DNA of 64,000 bases. Origin: Eledone cirrhosa (lineage: Eukaryota). Under the pieces are notes generated by a model. The model made no database searches. It had not been told where the DNA came from and worked only from the letters and a program-made list of their open reading frames with translations. The stretch is taken from assembly GCA_964016885.1 (NCBI GenBank), contig OZ024742.1, forward strand, positions 145,824,001-145,888,000. Reading direction: 5' to 3'. Below are positions 16,165 to 30,763 of the stretch, piece by piece. The number at the start of each line of letters is the position of its first letter. Position 1 is the stretch's first letter. The translations under genes were made by a program, and so were the position numbers.

Positions 16165-17021
16165 TCTATATATTAATTTCAACAATGTCATTATTCCGTG
16201 TGTCATAATTCTCGATTATCATTGGTTCATAGGTTTCAAACGACTCCACCCACCTCAACGACACCAAACTTAAATTAATATGCATAATGCCAATGAGGGA
16301 GTGAGAGGGGAGAGTAAGAAACAGAGAGGCAAAGTGAACGCTGTGTTTGGATACACTATGTATATGTGTTAGTGTAGAGACGTGTGTGTGTGTGTGTGGA
16401 AATAAGAGGGGAACGAAAGCAATAACTATTAACATGTGTGTGTGTGCATGTGTGTGTATGTGCGTGCGTGCAGCGTTCCAGAGAAAGTAAAAACTATCAA
16501 CATGCGTGTGCAAGTTTGCGTGCATGTGCGCGTTTCCATGCATCCCACAATCGCCACACAGTTTATCTGTCTGTGTGTCTGTCTGTCAGTCTAACATACA
16601 CAGAGTTGTGAAGGGAGTAAATAGGGACCTTTTTTTTACATTGACGGACATCTTTTATATTAATTATCTATATCTATATCTACATATAATATAAAAGATT
16701 GGAACTTCCATCATCCTTTTGAGAAACGTGGAACTACGTCTATGCAATGATACACGTTTTACAGTCAGGCAGAAGATGAACCATCTCCTAGAGGTCACTA
16801 TTCTAGGTGGGAGCACCTAGAATTGTTCATATACTATGCACAAACGGTACAACGAAGAATCTGGTATATCTGGAAGAATTTTTTACTGTTTTTTGTATCA
16901 CCCAGACACCACAGACTCGCCTCATACTGTAACCAGACAAACATCCAATACAGTCATTTTCTCTTTTACCTGTCTTCTCTTATCATCTGTTTACCCGGGT
17001 GAAACTGGGTACATCAGCTAG
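16165..17021 (+). mobile_element. Non-autonomous Helitron carrying a helicase C-terminal remnant
   Basis: A|TC at 16164/16165; subterminal hairpin acccggg-tgaa-actgggt and CTAG|T at 17018-17022; internal remnant IILLRNVELRLCNDTR...TKNLVY resembles the Pif1-like RepHel C-terminus. Confidence 0.9.
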
Positions 17022-17848
17022 TGATGTTATAATGGTTTCTTTCTCACCGTGTTCAGCTCTAAAATTACAAGCCCACTAGATTAAGAAGTTGCTAGGTCAA
17101 TTTACAATATAAATACGTTATACATTGATACACATCCACACGCATATACACTAGCAGAGTAACCCGTCGTTGCTAGGCAATTGTCACCATAGAATATCTT
17201 TTTTCAATTTTTTTAAATTCCATGTCAGACCATGTTTCCCACATGCCTCATCTCCCATTATTTCCTGTGAACCATCAATCATCTCCAAGGTGGTTTCTAT
17301 GGAAAGTGGACTGGAGCAATACAAAAAAAGTCTTGTTTAAAGGGTAGAGCACACCACCAGGAATCGAACCTACAGCCTAACGATCATGAGCCGAATATCC
17401 TAACCACTAAGCCAGACTACAACAAAAAGTCATACACACATCAATAATACAGAAATCAAAAGATGAACTGAAGAAAAGAGCATTTTGACTGCCAATGAAA
17501 AATCATGTGACAGTGAAGTTCATTCACTTGATCTGACAGGTTATCTGACACCATTTCACTGCATATTTTCGTTGAAATGATGTAAGCTTATGTTTTGCTT
17601 TTGGAATTAAGAAATTCCATGTGCCCAAAAACCTTCTCCTTGGAACACAGATTTTGAAAATCAAATCCGATTTTCTCTAGGGTGCACCGTTTCAGAGCCT
17701 TTGGGCAACATACATACACACACACAAATATATAGTGTATACAAGTAAAAACAAATGGGAAAAAGCAGTACAAGAGAACACATAATAATAGTATGTTAGT
17801 ATAAGGCTTATAAAAAGTTAGAAAAGAATCTTAACATTTTGGAAGCTA

Positions 17849-18081
<233 letters not shown>

Positions 18082-18268
18082 ATTTGCTAGTCAACCATTT
18101 ATATCATCATTTCTGTGACCACTTTTCCACACTGGGATGTGTTGGATAGAATGTTTTGAAACAATATTTTACAACCAGATGCCCTTCCTAATGCCAACCA
18201 ATTTAGTTCTCTAATATATATATTTGTAATGATGCTCTAACATAGTGGTACACACATATATGTATGCC

Positions 18269-18438
18269 TTGTATATTGAATAATATACAGGATGTTTATG
18301 AAAAACATATGAGGGCCTTTCCCTATGAATGTTTAAGGTTGTAATCAACAGGTTAGGTGTGATGTTGGTGGCAACCTTAAACATTCATAGCCCTCAAATG
18401 TTTTTCATAAACATCCCATATATTATTCAATATACAAT
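18269..18438. repeat. Imperfect inverted repeat (fold-back)
   Basis: ttgtatattgaataatata..ggatgtttatgaaaaaca..ctatgaatgtttaaggttg is mirrored by caaccttaaacattcatag..tgtttttcataaacatcc..tatattattcaatatacaa. Confidence 0.85.
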
Positions 18439-19553
18439 ATGTACACACACACACACATATATAAATAATGTGTTTGACAGTAGCATCAAATAAACTTAAC
18501 TGCATAACCTCAGACCATTGCCAAGCTTTCTATACTGTTTGTTTTATTATAACTGCTTACATAGATGGCATTCAGAGTTATTCTATAAATGCACTTTTAA
18601 TTTGTATTTCTGTGCCCCCTCTATCCCCATAAAACTTGTGCATTCACTGATGTGCGTTTGTATTTTTAACACATAAGTACCTTCTAGAGTTTCTTTCCTA
18701 TCTTTTCATCATCAGAACACTGTAAAGCAATATAGAAATATTCTAAAAAACCCAGACTTGAATTTTCTGAAAATAACACCATCCAACCATACACAAGATG
18801 TTAATTTCAAATCAAATCAAATTAATTAATATTTGAAATAATCAAAATGTCACAATATACTGGTTATTCTGGCTGCTATTTTCTTTACATGTAAGTATAG
18901 GCATGGCTGTGTGGTTAAGAGGTTTACTTCGCAACCATGTGGTTTCGAGTTCAGTCTCATTGTGTCTACTATAGGCTCGGGTTGACCAATGCCACGTGAA
19001 TGAAATTAGGTATAGGGAAACTGTACAGAAGCCTATCACAACAACATCGTTTAACGTTCTTTTCTTTTATGCTGGCCTGCGTTGGGCGGGTCGTCACAGA
19101 CCCGGTGAATATTTAATCAGAGTCAGTGACCTCTCAGATGGACCAGGGACTGGCATCGCACTTACATACGTTCCAGCACTTGGAAGATTGTTGTGCCCTT
19201 GACAACTGAAAAAAGTCCTCTGGGCCTTTTGGCATGTTTTCTACGGTTGGAGCCTTAATACCACTCACTTTACATTAAGTATAAAGAACAATGGATCATG
19301 GACACTGCCCTTCGCTCTCCAACGAAACGGTAAAAATAGGTGTTAGTCATTATCCAGTGGGCCTCTCCTTTTTCAAGTGGACACGGCTTACTTAAAGAGA
19401 GATTTGGCTGCTATTTCAAGCAAACCAAGTGACTACGTAGAGGCACTTCATTAGCTGGTATATCATTGATTTTTTTAGCTTCTGGTCAGCCGTGATTTAA
19501 CAGATCAGACGTTCCAATAACGTCTACCAAAGATATTTAAGGTGTAAATGATT

Positions 19554-19738
19554 GGATTGGCAGTATCGGTAGAGGGTCGGACGCCATGCTTTGACGCATA
19601 GAGTTACGGCCCTTGCCATTCTGAGTTCAAATCCCGCCGAGGTTAACTTTGCCTTTCATCCTTATGGGGTCGATAAAATAAAGTACCAGTAATACACTGG
19701 GTAATTGCTGGCCTTGTGCCAAAAGTAGAAACAATTAT
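19554..19738 (+). mobile_element. tRNA-derived SINE, family A
   Basis: Near-identical to 8600-8797. Confidence 0.85.
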
Positions 19739-20140
19739 TTAATGTAGCCTTTTCCTTATTTAAGGCAATATGGTGTATTTTGAAGATTTGGATGCTATTT
19801 CTAACAGGTCGAGAGCTGATATTTCTAGCTTAAGGAGTGGTGATTGACAGGCGTTAACGGAGAAAGAAGATGGTTTGGGAGACTTTAATAGCAGTTGAAT
19901 TGAAAGGGAAGAGATTCAGTATTACTGACATAAATGGATATTGTTACGGGGAGTTCAGTCATGGATATTGAATATCACACTTTATCAAGGATCTTGTACC
20001 GTAAATTTAGCCTAACAGTGTTATATTCTTTCAGCTTTTGAAATCCAGTTTTCTGAAGAAACAGACCAGTAGTAGATCTAGCTTTACAAATAATGATATG
20101 CACAAGTAAGATGGAATTCATAGTTACAGAAAAGAATCGT

Positions 20141-20320
20141 TAATAATTGTTTCTACTTTTGGCACAAGGCCAGCAATTACCCAGTGCATTACTGGTACTT
20201 TATTTTATCGACCCCGTAAGGATGAAAGGCAAAGTTAACCTCGGCAGGATTTGAACTCAGAAAAGCAAGGGCCGGAACTCAATGCATGACGCCCGACCCT
20301 CTACCGATACTGCCAATCCA
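20141..20320 (-). mobile_element. tRNA-derived SINE, family A
   Basis: Reverse complement of the family A consensus. Confidence 0.85.
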
Positions 20321-21716
20321 AATGTTCACTCAACACTTAATACAGAGTGAAAGATGGAGGAACAATAGCATCAAAAGGCTATCTGCTTTTATTCGAAGTA
20401 GATGTCTGGATAAATAGATACAAAGCTATTTGAAAAGTCCTCAGCATTCAAATATTTAACACGTAACCTTCAAATACCAAATATATAAAATCAGAGGTGG
20501 TTGTGATGCAACAGTTGAATGCATTGACAAAAACTTGCAGTACCACTTATTTTATAGTAGAAAGCAAGTACTACAAATATCCAAATATTGACATGAAGAA
20601 CAGTTTTAAAATTTATCTATATATATATAAAATCCCATTAGGAATAAATTCTAAAAAATATATTCAAACAATCAATAAATGGATGTTGTATCCAATAAAG
20701 GTGCTAAAAATATACAGGGGAAACAGGATCACCGAAGTGAAGCAAGTTCGGATTGAGCTAGCAATCTTTTCTGACTAAGGTAATGGCAGAAGTGAGATAA
20801 TTATACTTTTGGTGTGTAAGACCGTTTTATAAAAACTTGGGATGAATTAGGATGCTAAAATAAACTTAATTATGAGTATAGGTATATATTTTCGTCACGT
20901 CAACTCCACAACAATTTTAGATGAAGAGGCAAATGCACCTTGTGTAATATGTTAAAATCTATTACTAGAAAAGTTTTATAACATTCCACGTTGATTAGTT
21001 TGAAGGTAGCGGTGAATGATCTATGGTAATTAACTAGAAAGTTGCAGCAATAAAGAAAACTATTTTTAAACCTTAGCGGTCTTCTTTTTTCTTATTTGGC
21101 GAACGAATTATTTACATGTCAATTACAAAACCTCTGTATTTTGATAACGAAATATACAATTTTCTTCCATTTACTAAAAATTTAAACTATAATATTCGTC
21201 AAAATAAATTATTGAGAGTTAAAAATAAGTTAAAAGCAAAGTAGAAAAAAAAGTGGTCTGATTTAGTTATATTGCACGATTCTTTCTCTCAGTTTACTTG
21301 GCTGACGCAACTGGCATTAGATATTTACTAAAATCTACAGCAAGAGTGAAAGAAGGATTAAGGAAAACACCCCCTGAGATCCAGCTGATAATTACCAGAT
21401 AGTTTACTACTAATACTGACAGAAGGTAAATAGAAACCATGCACCGGGAAGAAAACTTAAACTTATTTATTAAAAAGAAAAAAGAACTGGGTGGGTAAAA
21501 ATATTAACTGAAAAGTATTTTATATCCATGCTGGGTGCAGCAATAATGTTAAAAAATATAAGGGCTACGTAAGCACCCCCTTTTTTTTTTTTCGTCAGTT
21601 AGTAAACAAAGTTCAAATTCAACCAAACACTAACAAATGTATATATATATTATATATAAGATAGTAATAACAAATTTTAGTTGAAATAATGAAAGAAAGA
21701 GGGAAAATATACTAAC

Positions 21717-21850
21717 CTGAAAGTTGTTGTTAGGAGCAGCAAGTCTGAATTAATTGAGAGACGTTAATTACGACGACGGCGGATAAGAGTTGGGGCAAAC
21801 AGATGCTCGCTTTTTCAACCAATAGAATCGTTGGTTAGAGATAAACCATG
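21717..21850 (-). promoter_or_regulatory. Possible non-coding first exon and promoter of a minus-strand gene
   Basis: CAG|GTTAGT donor at 21717/21716, local CpG enrichment, CCAAT motif near 21819, repeat-poor surroundings; no coding support. Confidence 0.25.
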
Positions 21851-24497
21851 CCTCGATGGTAACCGATAAATACACGTTTATAATTGCACATCTCTTTAGA
21901 AAGCTGGCCAACATTTATTATTGTTTTGAGAAGATATTTCTGCTTGGGTGCAAGAAAGTAATAAATTAATAAAAAGGGTAACAACTGTTATAAAAGAAAA
22001 CAAAGCAAAATAACAGTGAAAGCGTGATGAGTCGTTGACCTAAATAACAAATCTGTAACGACAGCGAATCAGAAACGATGTTTTATTGTTAACTGAAGGA
22101 GGAGGAGATAAATTAACCAATTTATAATTTTAGGTTTCATCGTAGTATGTGTATATATATATATATATGTGTGTGTGCGCGTGTGTAGTTTCTTAGTGAG
22201 TGTTGTGTTACTATTACGCGAGATCAGGTGATGTTGTTTTCAATGTTGCCATCGAAACATCTCCATCTTTACATAGAATTTTATTTCCTGTTTTGTGTTG
22301 TTGTTTTAGTATGATGATGAATCAGTACCTATTATATTTACCATCATGCAACAATTAAATTACTACAACACATTTCGACAATGTAGTCTTACTTATACAA
22401 CTCCTTGGAGTAGGGCGGGTTAATCATGACTGGAATATGCCTTTAATCATAAATCTGCTTAGTCATGGGGCTTACCCACATCATTTTACTGATCGCAGCA
22501 TGCATCTATGCAATTTTTTGTTTAAATAAATGCACGTAAGAAATAAATTTAAAATGAAATAAACCCAAGCAAATTAGTGTTAAACATTTGAAATTGATTG
22601 CATTTAGAAAGTAGAATAATTTGTTTTTATATTCAGAAAGAATTAAAATAGAGATTAAAAAAAACTGTTTAATGGTATATCTGTTTATTTAACTGTCATT
22701 ATTTCTGTTTATTACAATGGTGGTTTGTTATGATTTTGCTAGAATATTCCTTCACTGGTTTAATTCATTCGACTGCAGCCATACTGGAGCACCAATAATC
22801 TAAACTTTCTGGACTTTTAAAAAATATTTCCAACTAGCTAATAACAGTTTATTTTTATTTCCATATCGACAGCGCAGGGGAGAGATGGGCTCCGCTTGGT
22901 TTAAATAACGGCTCCTCTACGACTCGATTAAGAATCTAGGGACCATGGATGGATACATGCACATACACACAAACATACATATATATATATATATACACAT
23001 GCATACATAATCACACACATATATTACGCTTTTGAGCAAATAATTATATTTATTAAGATATCAGTTTTTAGACTGTAGCCATGTTGCAGCACCGCCTTGA
23101 AGAGATTTAGTCGATCATATCGACTACAGGACTATTTTCTCGATTTCTTTTTGTCGAACTGCTATATTACGACACACACACAAAGATTTACACATATTAG
23201 CAATACAGATTAACTCATATACCTATATACATATGTGTGTGTGTATGATGGGCTCCTAAAGTTTCCGCTCAGCAATCTACGAATTTCACTGATATAGCAT
23301 TGGTTAACCCGAAGTATTTGCCCAAGGTGCAATGCTGTAGAAACGAACCTGAAACCACGGGGTTGAGAGAAGAGTTCCTTAACCACACGGCCATGCCTGT
23401 TCGAATTGTTTATGTATAACTCACAACGAGACTATATATGTTTATAAATAAACATATTGAGTCCAAATCCCCCTTTCAACTATATTTATGGAGAAGCACA
23501 ACTCCTAAAAGCAAGCTATTTCCTTGCATAGAAATTCACACTAAGAAATGTTGGGTGCATGGAAGAAAATATCATATTACTACTACTTGGCTATTAAATT
23601 TCCGTCTAAAAGGTTTCAGTGGTTATCTAATACAGTTATCTTCTTTCTAAAAATAAACTGATTACATTAATTTTAATTTAATCCTAATTTAGATTTCTAA
23701 TTGTAACTAAAAATAACTTCATGCAGCTGGAAATTTTCTTCTTTTAACTAATGTCTAAGAATTATTTACTTATTTATTTATTCGGCAAATATAGATAAGT
23801 GTCGAGCTTATCGTATATAGGAGTGTGTTCCTCCATTCTAGATTCAAATCTTAGCAAGGTCAAGTTTAATTGATATTCTTTCGTTGCCTGTGTAGAAGAT
23901 ATGTATAAGCAGTTATCTAACTGCTGGATAACTTTGAGCAGACACGTGATCAAAGATATTTTAGCCATGACCATACCGGCGTTTTAGGGATATTTAGTAC
24001 GAGTACATTTCTCAATCTATTCTTTGGCTGTTATTTCTGTATGAGTAATATACTGAAGTCGATTTAATCGATTATACATCCCCGTTAAAAATTGTGTTGT
24101 TTTGCCGAACATTGGGTCTTTGGTTTCCCTTGTACTACATAACTCGTAATATATTTTTGTGTATTGTATTTATTATGTGTTTATATTTGTGTTTGTATTT
24201 TATTTCTGAAAGAATTGTCAGCGATATGTAATGTTATTTATGTAGATAATTTATAATGTTTTATTATTAACTAGTTTTATTATTAACATATAAACCCCCA
24301 CTTCCATCCTTAGTGCCACAGGTTAAAAGGCATAATTTGTTTCCAGTGTGAATGTGAAATCACTCTGAGTGTTATTAATCAACTGAATGACCCTTGACTG
24401 CATAATCTATCATTATTTACTCGTGCATTAACGGTTTCTAACTTTAGCAGCACAAAATTTTATCTGACACGTGTTTTATCAGCTATCGCACTAGGTG

Positions 24498-24850
24498 TAA
24501 TAATTGTTTCTACTTTTGGCACAAGGCCAGCAATTACTTTAGTGCATTATTTTATCAACCCTGTAAGGATGAAAGACAAAGCTAACCTCGGCGGGATTTG
24601 ATCTCAGAACGTAAAGGATCATAACTCTATGCTGCAAAGCATGGTGTCTGACGCTCTACCGATACTGCCAAATGGTTTCTAATTTAAACAAATTAGGAGC
24701 TGGGTAAGTCGATTATATCAACACAGTATTTAACTGATACTATATATTATCGACATTGGAAGTGTTGAATGGTACTGTTGACCTCGGTGGGATTTGAACA
24801 CAGAACATAAAAAACCGAAATTTGTCCAACGCTCTGTCGATTCTGCCAAC
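24498..24850 (-). mobile_element. Two adjacent SINE family A-related copies
   Basis: Two reverse-complement copies with ctcggcgggatttga / accgatactgcca motifs. Confidence 0.7.
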
Positions 24851-24949
24851 TCAGAGCTCCAGATTCTGGTGTTACAAAAAAAAAAAAGCAGAAGTTGAGT
24901 AATTAAAGTTTTTTTTTTTTTTTGCGGAGGGAGGCTTTTTGTTTTTCAC

Positions 24950-25550
24950 TGATAGATGAACCAAAGGGTCCCTCTCAGCTAGACAACAATAGCCTGCGCA
25001 TCGGCAGTGTCGCTGCGGATCCACCGTGGACTCTTTCGGCCTCCATCCGCTTTCCTGTCGCCACAGTGCCGGCCGCCTTCCACGCCATGCTGCCCTCAAC
25101 GAGGTCATAAAGCATGGCTTGGACGCTGCAGGCTTCCCTTCCCAGCTCAAGCCAGTGGGGCTGGACCAAGGGAACGGCAAAAGGCCAGATGGCATGACCA
25201 TCTTCCCGTTCCGCGGTGGCAAACTCCACGTCTGGGATACCATTTGCACTGACACTTTCTGAAGCTGCAACCTGGTGCAGTCTGCGACTAACCCAGGTTC
25301 TGCTGCACATCTGGCTGAGGAGGCCAAACTCTTCAAATACCGGTCACTCTCCGACAGGTTTGCGGTTCTACCCCTGGCAGTGGAGACTTCTGGTGTCCTC
25401 GGCCCTAGGGCTACCTCCCTTCTCACCACCATAGGCGCTGAACTGGCCAGCCGCAGGTGTGAGCCCCACGAGTTGGAGTGGCTTTTCCAGCGCGTCTCCC
25501 TTGCCGTCCTCCGGGGAAACGCCTTCTCCATCCTGTCCGCCGGGGCTGTG
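24950..25550 (+). pseudogene. C-terminal zinc knuckle plus restriction-like endonuclease (RLE) of a CRE-like non-LTR retrotransposon
   Basis: MDSFGLHPLSCRHSAGRLPRHAALNEVIK..GKRPDGMTIFPFRGGK..WD..AEEAKLFKY..LPLAVETSGVLG..LFQRVSLAVLRGNA; in-frame stop at 25260-25262; GC-rich relative to flanks. Confidence 0.85.
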
Positions 25551-25619
25551 TGTGGGGGGAGGGGGGGGGGGGGGCATCACGTATCATTCCATATTTAAGT
25601 ATAGTCAATGAAGAATATG

Positions 25620-28600
25620 TGCCAATAGCCGGCTGTGGTTGGATTTCAGGTACTTTTCGACAAATAAGTCTTGTAAACTACCTACCCTGGAGCAACAAAC
25701 GTAAAGTTGACCATGAGAAAAGAAAGGTAGATTTCAAAGTCTGACCTCCAGCTTTATTGATAGACATTGTCAAGCAAAGTCCTGGGAATTGTGTTTCAAA
25801 TGGCATGTCTGTTGGTTTCATTGGAATTCTTGTAATGGAAATATCTTCCCCAGAGGTACACTCAGTAATGAGGGTAGCTTCAATCACATTAGGTGATAAT
25901 GTCTTCACAATCAACATTGTCCCATTGCATAATTTAGGAGGATCTAAATTTCTTAGAAGCATTATTGGGACTCCAAACTTCAGGAAAGGTTTCTGTGGAG
26001 GAGTTCCAGGTGACTCAAGAGAATTAAGGAACTCTGTTGGGTAGTGGACAGCTTGATTTTCATCAAGGACTGAATCAATTGATTTGTACTCCTTAATTAC
26101 TGTTGGAATCTTATTCATTAACTCATGGTTAATCCTTGTTAGTCTCATTTTTTTTTTAGCAAGAATTGCCTTTTCACACAACCATTTGTGTGAATTATAA
26201 TGATTACTTAAGCCTGGAAATACCCTGTTCTTCAATTCAGCTGGTGAATCCACCATGATACCTATATGAACCAAGTTGATATAACCATACCCATCAATCG
26301 GTACTGCCCCATTTCCTAATTGAAGGTGTTGGGTTGAGAACTGTTCTGTGCCCAGTGTAATAAAGCTCTCATGTTAGTATTGAAGCAGAAATTTTTTACT
26401 TTATTCCATAGCTGTGAAGACTTAATGCATGCTTTTATTTCATCAGCTCTTGTTCCTCTCGGAATGACTGATAATTTCTGTCTGAAGTCTCATGATAAAA
26501 CTAATGTAACTCCTCCCGTAGATGTATTGTTGTCTCTTATGTCCTGTAAGGTCTTATCAAGAGCTTCCATTGTTCCTCTATGTGACATAGTGCATTCATT
26601 TCAAATGATCAAGTGGCATTGGCGCAACACTTCTGCTAAACCTGAGCCTTTGCTTCTGTTACAAATTGGACTGTCATTTGTGACCAGGTATAGTGGTAAT
26701 TTAAAAGCAGAATGAGCTGTTCGTCCTCCTGGGAGAAGGGTGGCAGCAATGCCAGGCGATGCTACAGCAAGTGCAATTCTTTTTTGCCACCTCACCTTGG
26801 AGGGAAGTAATGTTGTTACAAATACTTTACCTCTGCCACCTGGAGCAGCATCAAGAATGAAAATTCCTCTTGACTGACGAAATGGTTTCATAATATGCCC
26901 AGTGTTGTTCTGGAAAACGTTTAGGTTCATATTCATTCACAAATGTAACCAACTTTGTGATGCCATAATTTGTCCCTCTTGCAAATTCCCTTGAAGTTAA
27001 ATCACTTTGAATTTGGCAGTCCATGGCCAAAATTGATCATCAATTTCAATCAATGGTTGATTGAAAATTTCTTCACAGAACTGAATATTGATGCCTGGGT
27101 TTGCATGTTGACCTGCATACTTTAAGTCCCCAGTCATATCCTCTTGATGTTTCATCTAAAGTTGTCGAGGACTGCCAAGTTGACACATGTTCAGCATAAT
27201 GGCAAAAAAGTTATGGAGTTTCCTTGGAGAATATGACACTAATGCTTCAGTCAATGCAAGGTCTTAATGATCATCATTTTCTAACAAACCTTTTTGATAG
27301 CATGTTACCCTATGTTTCACACATTTACTCATTTAATCTTAGAATGATTTTGAACCATGTACTTCATGCAAAATGGTCAGTTGAATGATGGCTGGGTGCC
27401 TCTCATGAATGGGAACATTGAAGATGCATCAAAAATCCTCATTGCTACTGATATATCTTCCTCTCTCATACTGTACAACTTTGTCATTTTTGTTTATCTG
27501 CTGACTGCCATTCTGCAAAAGAATGTATGTTGCAGCATCTGAACCTTTGTATTCATATTTTTAAACATACTTAATAGATTTAACAGAGTTGCAGAAATCA
27601 ACATTGATATGGGCTTTGAAAGATTTTGTAAGATGACTAGGGTACAATCCACTGATTGTCAATGATGAATTCTTACCCATTTTTTTTTTTTTTTTTCAAA
27701 GTGAAAACACCCTGCCCAGGCTTTCTTCTGTAAATGTAGTAGCCATCTTCTTCAGTTTTGGTTTATTGTATAGGGGGACGGGGTATTTCTTGGTACACTT
27801 TTTATCCCTCATGCATGGGGAGGATGGATTAATTGAACCACAGGGCCCATGAATCATCTGTGACTTGACAATTTTATGCAGCAAAGGATATTATGCATCC
27901 AAATCAAAATGTGGGCATATGGCAATCCTCGTTTTTGTCATTCAATTGTGTACGTGTCACATTAGACTGCTCCAAAGATTTTGCCTATTTTAGGAGATCC
28001 ATCAGCTTTATGACTTTAAGTCTGAACACCCTAGCAATAATTCATGTGATCTTTGGGTTCTTGATGATAATAAAGTTCACTCTTTATTTCATGTCATGTT
28101 GGGTTATATGTGACTGTAACAAAGAGGTCTGGACGACCATAGTGTCTGACATATGTAAGTGCATCTTGGGTACGCTCCTTGCAATTTGCCACAAAATATA
28201 ACTGTAAAAACTGTGGATTTTTGCCTTCAGTTGGCAACCAAGATCCAATACCATGGTATACTTGACCTTGAATGTTAATGGTTGGCTTGAAGTTCCCTTC
28301 TAATGTTTTTCAAGAAGTGCATGGTCTTTGATGTGTTTCCCCAAAGCAATGCCTTCAAAGTATCTGGGGGTACCAAACGTCGGTAGAGCAACCATTCCTC
28401 CTCCACAACACATAGTGAGGGTTTCTCTTTCCTTCACAAAAACTGCACTCTTTTGACATTGCACCAATACCAATCAATTTCTCTGTAGAATAATCATGCT
28501 TTGGATCATAGTTGAAAGCTGATCTTTTCCAAGTCCCATTGAAAAGTGCTATGCTTTTGTCAAATGAATTCAGCCTATCTTGATGAAGATGCTTATGTCT

Positions 28601-29380
28601 CTCCTTTGACGAAGTCCTGCAGCAACTGTTTGCTTTGGTTTTTTCTTTGTCTAATCTCTTGCTGAACTATTGTCTCATTGGTAACTCTGGCAGCTTGTCT
28701 TTGTCTTGCATCCTTTTAACATTTTCCTCTTTCCTCTTTTGATTCTTGGCTACTGCGGGTTGTATTTTGTTGACGTAATTGTTCTGACTGTTTTTTCCTT
28801 GCCTCTTGAGACTCATTGGTTGTTTCCATGTTTTTGCTGTCGTTGTGCAGGGGACCTTAGTGCCCTTGCTCTCTGTACTTGCCTTTGCTGCACTGTAGAA
28901 TACTGTTCTTCTGCATGTCTCCACTCTCTTCTTGCCTCGTTAACAACGTCTGAAGAGCTTGTGGAGAGAGAACATTTTTCTCCTTGGCATCTTTTTTGAA
29001 AATTGAAATTGGGATTAAATGAAAAATGAGTGAAAGTTACATCAATATATTCACAGTAACACACATACACAAACACACATAAGCAAATGCAACGACTCAC
29101 ACAAATACACACATATACTTTCATACAAACACACACATACATTCACACAAACACACACATACACTCATGCGGAGCGTGGAAAAGTTGGGAAGTGTGTTGC
29201 CGTAGTTTTTTCACCATCACCTTTCCTCCCTTTTACACACATACATTCACACGCGCTCTTTGAACTCTGCTGCTGGTAATCGAACTTTGTGGAGAGAGAT
29301 AACGCGTTAATACACAGTCTGCAACTGGCAGAGTTTAGCATCACAAGAAGACATTCACATGCTCTACATATATTATAACC
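25620..29380 (-). mobile_element. Decayed autonomous-type Helitron (RepHel pseudogene)
   Basis: Rep motif MIHGPCG..NPSSPCM..KCTKKYP (27696-27884); degenerate Walker A GGRGK plus AVASPGIAATLLPGGRTAHSAFKLP (26601-26936); YPTEFLNSL..PIMLLRNLDPPKLCNGT and FSHGQLYVCCSRVG (25.7-26.3 kb); many frameshifts; boundaries approximate. Confidence 0.92.
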
Positions 29381-29719
29381 CCCTCTCTCTCTATATATAA
29401 CTACCTCTCTCTCTCTCTCTCTCTCCGACAGACCACGTAAACTTTCGATCTATATTTGTTCATCAAGCCTTCCAATTTTTGGATAATGTCAGATTTTATA
29501 GTGGAACGTAATGTCATTTCTAATATTACAAATTGTTTATAATTCTTACAGAATGAAAATATAGACACATATAATAAATACAATAAATTATAGCTAGGAA
29601 CCTCACAAATATAATGCACAAAAATATATAATTAAAGCGAAAGAAAAAAACAACAAACAAAAACGACCATCAATTCACCACCAAGTGCGACAATCGGTCG
29701 CACACCACAGGGATCAACG

Positions 29720-30620
29720 GAAAATTTCGAAGCAAGCCAACACACTCGCATCATTACCACTGGTGGTAGCGAGGCTAAGACGCTGAAACAACCAGGCACC
29801 CTCACGGACATCACCTGACACCTCGATAAGGCGAGCCGCTAACGATGACAAGAACCTCCCTGCCAGCAGCCTAGCTCCACCAAACGTCTCGAACGCTACA
29901 GACAGGAAAAATAGTTATTTGATAGTTCCCGGTATTTTAGGATATTATTCTGTTTGGCAACGGAAGTAGTGACCCTCACATTTACCGCGGTATCCATGAT
30001 ATGGGCGCGAGCAAAAAAGTAACTGACTGGTGTCCCAGATGAGACATCAGCCTCTTACCCAGGGACAAAGAGTAAGACAATCTGGTCTCTTCCCATCAAT
30101 TCTGGATAGTGCAGCCGGCTCCAGAACTGTGAGGATATTCTCCTGAGCTAGGGCTCGCTTAAGGTTTAGCTCGGTGTAGCGGACGAACGACCCACATTCA
30201 GGCGGCAAGACGGACCATGGAGGCCTATGGAGTCGAGAGGCCTACCACAGCGACATCTCAAACTCCAACAGACATCGGCTCACACTCGGAGTGCAATGAG
30301 GATGCGGAGCTCCTCCAGCTACAATTAGGGCATCAACCCATCCCCCGAGAATTTTGCGCTTCCAGAAAGTAAGTGACACCTTAAAAATTGATGAAATAGA
30401 GAGTATAAGGTGTCGCTCGAACGCAGATTGTCTTATACTTTCTGCTTCCGCCATTCCTTGTCAGTATCAGGAACTGACAAGCCCAGCTCTCTCCACTGTA
30501 GTAAAGCTTCATCCATCTCCATGGTGGAATTAATCCGTGTTGGAAAGGAGAGGGTGCCGCCTACTAAAGGGGAGGAAAGAAAGCAATGTAGAGACAGAGA
30601 TGAGCATTAATATATCAGGT
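29720..30620 (-). pseudogene. Second, divergent CRE-like RLE retrotransposon 3' fragment
   Basis: Manual translation gives LKRALAQENILTVLEPAALSRIDGKRPDCLTLCPW..LIWD..VAFETFGG..REGAWLFQRLSLATTSGNDASVL, interrupted by stops and frameshifts. Confidence 0.8.
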
Positions 30621-30763
30621 GATTCAGTAGATTTGTGGTTTACCAAAGAAGGTACCAATATAAGCATAATGCTATAGCAGAGTGTCTACATTAAGAAGAA
30701 CAAAACGGGGTTTCACATGGAGGTTTTCATTGATTAGGCTTAGTTATGAACGTTTCACAGATG

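Noticed and set aside
18269-18438. Hammerhead or pre-miRNA in the fold-back
   Set aside because: No CUGANGA/GAAA core found; nothing supports a miRNA without small-RNA data
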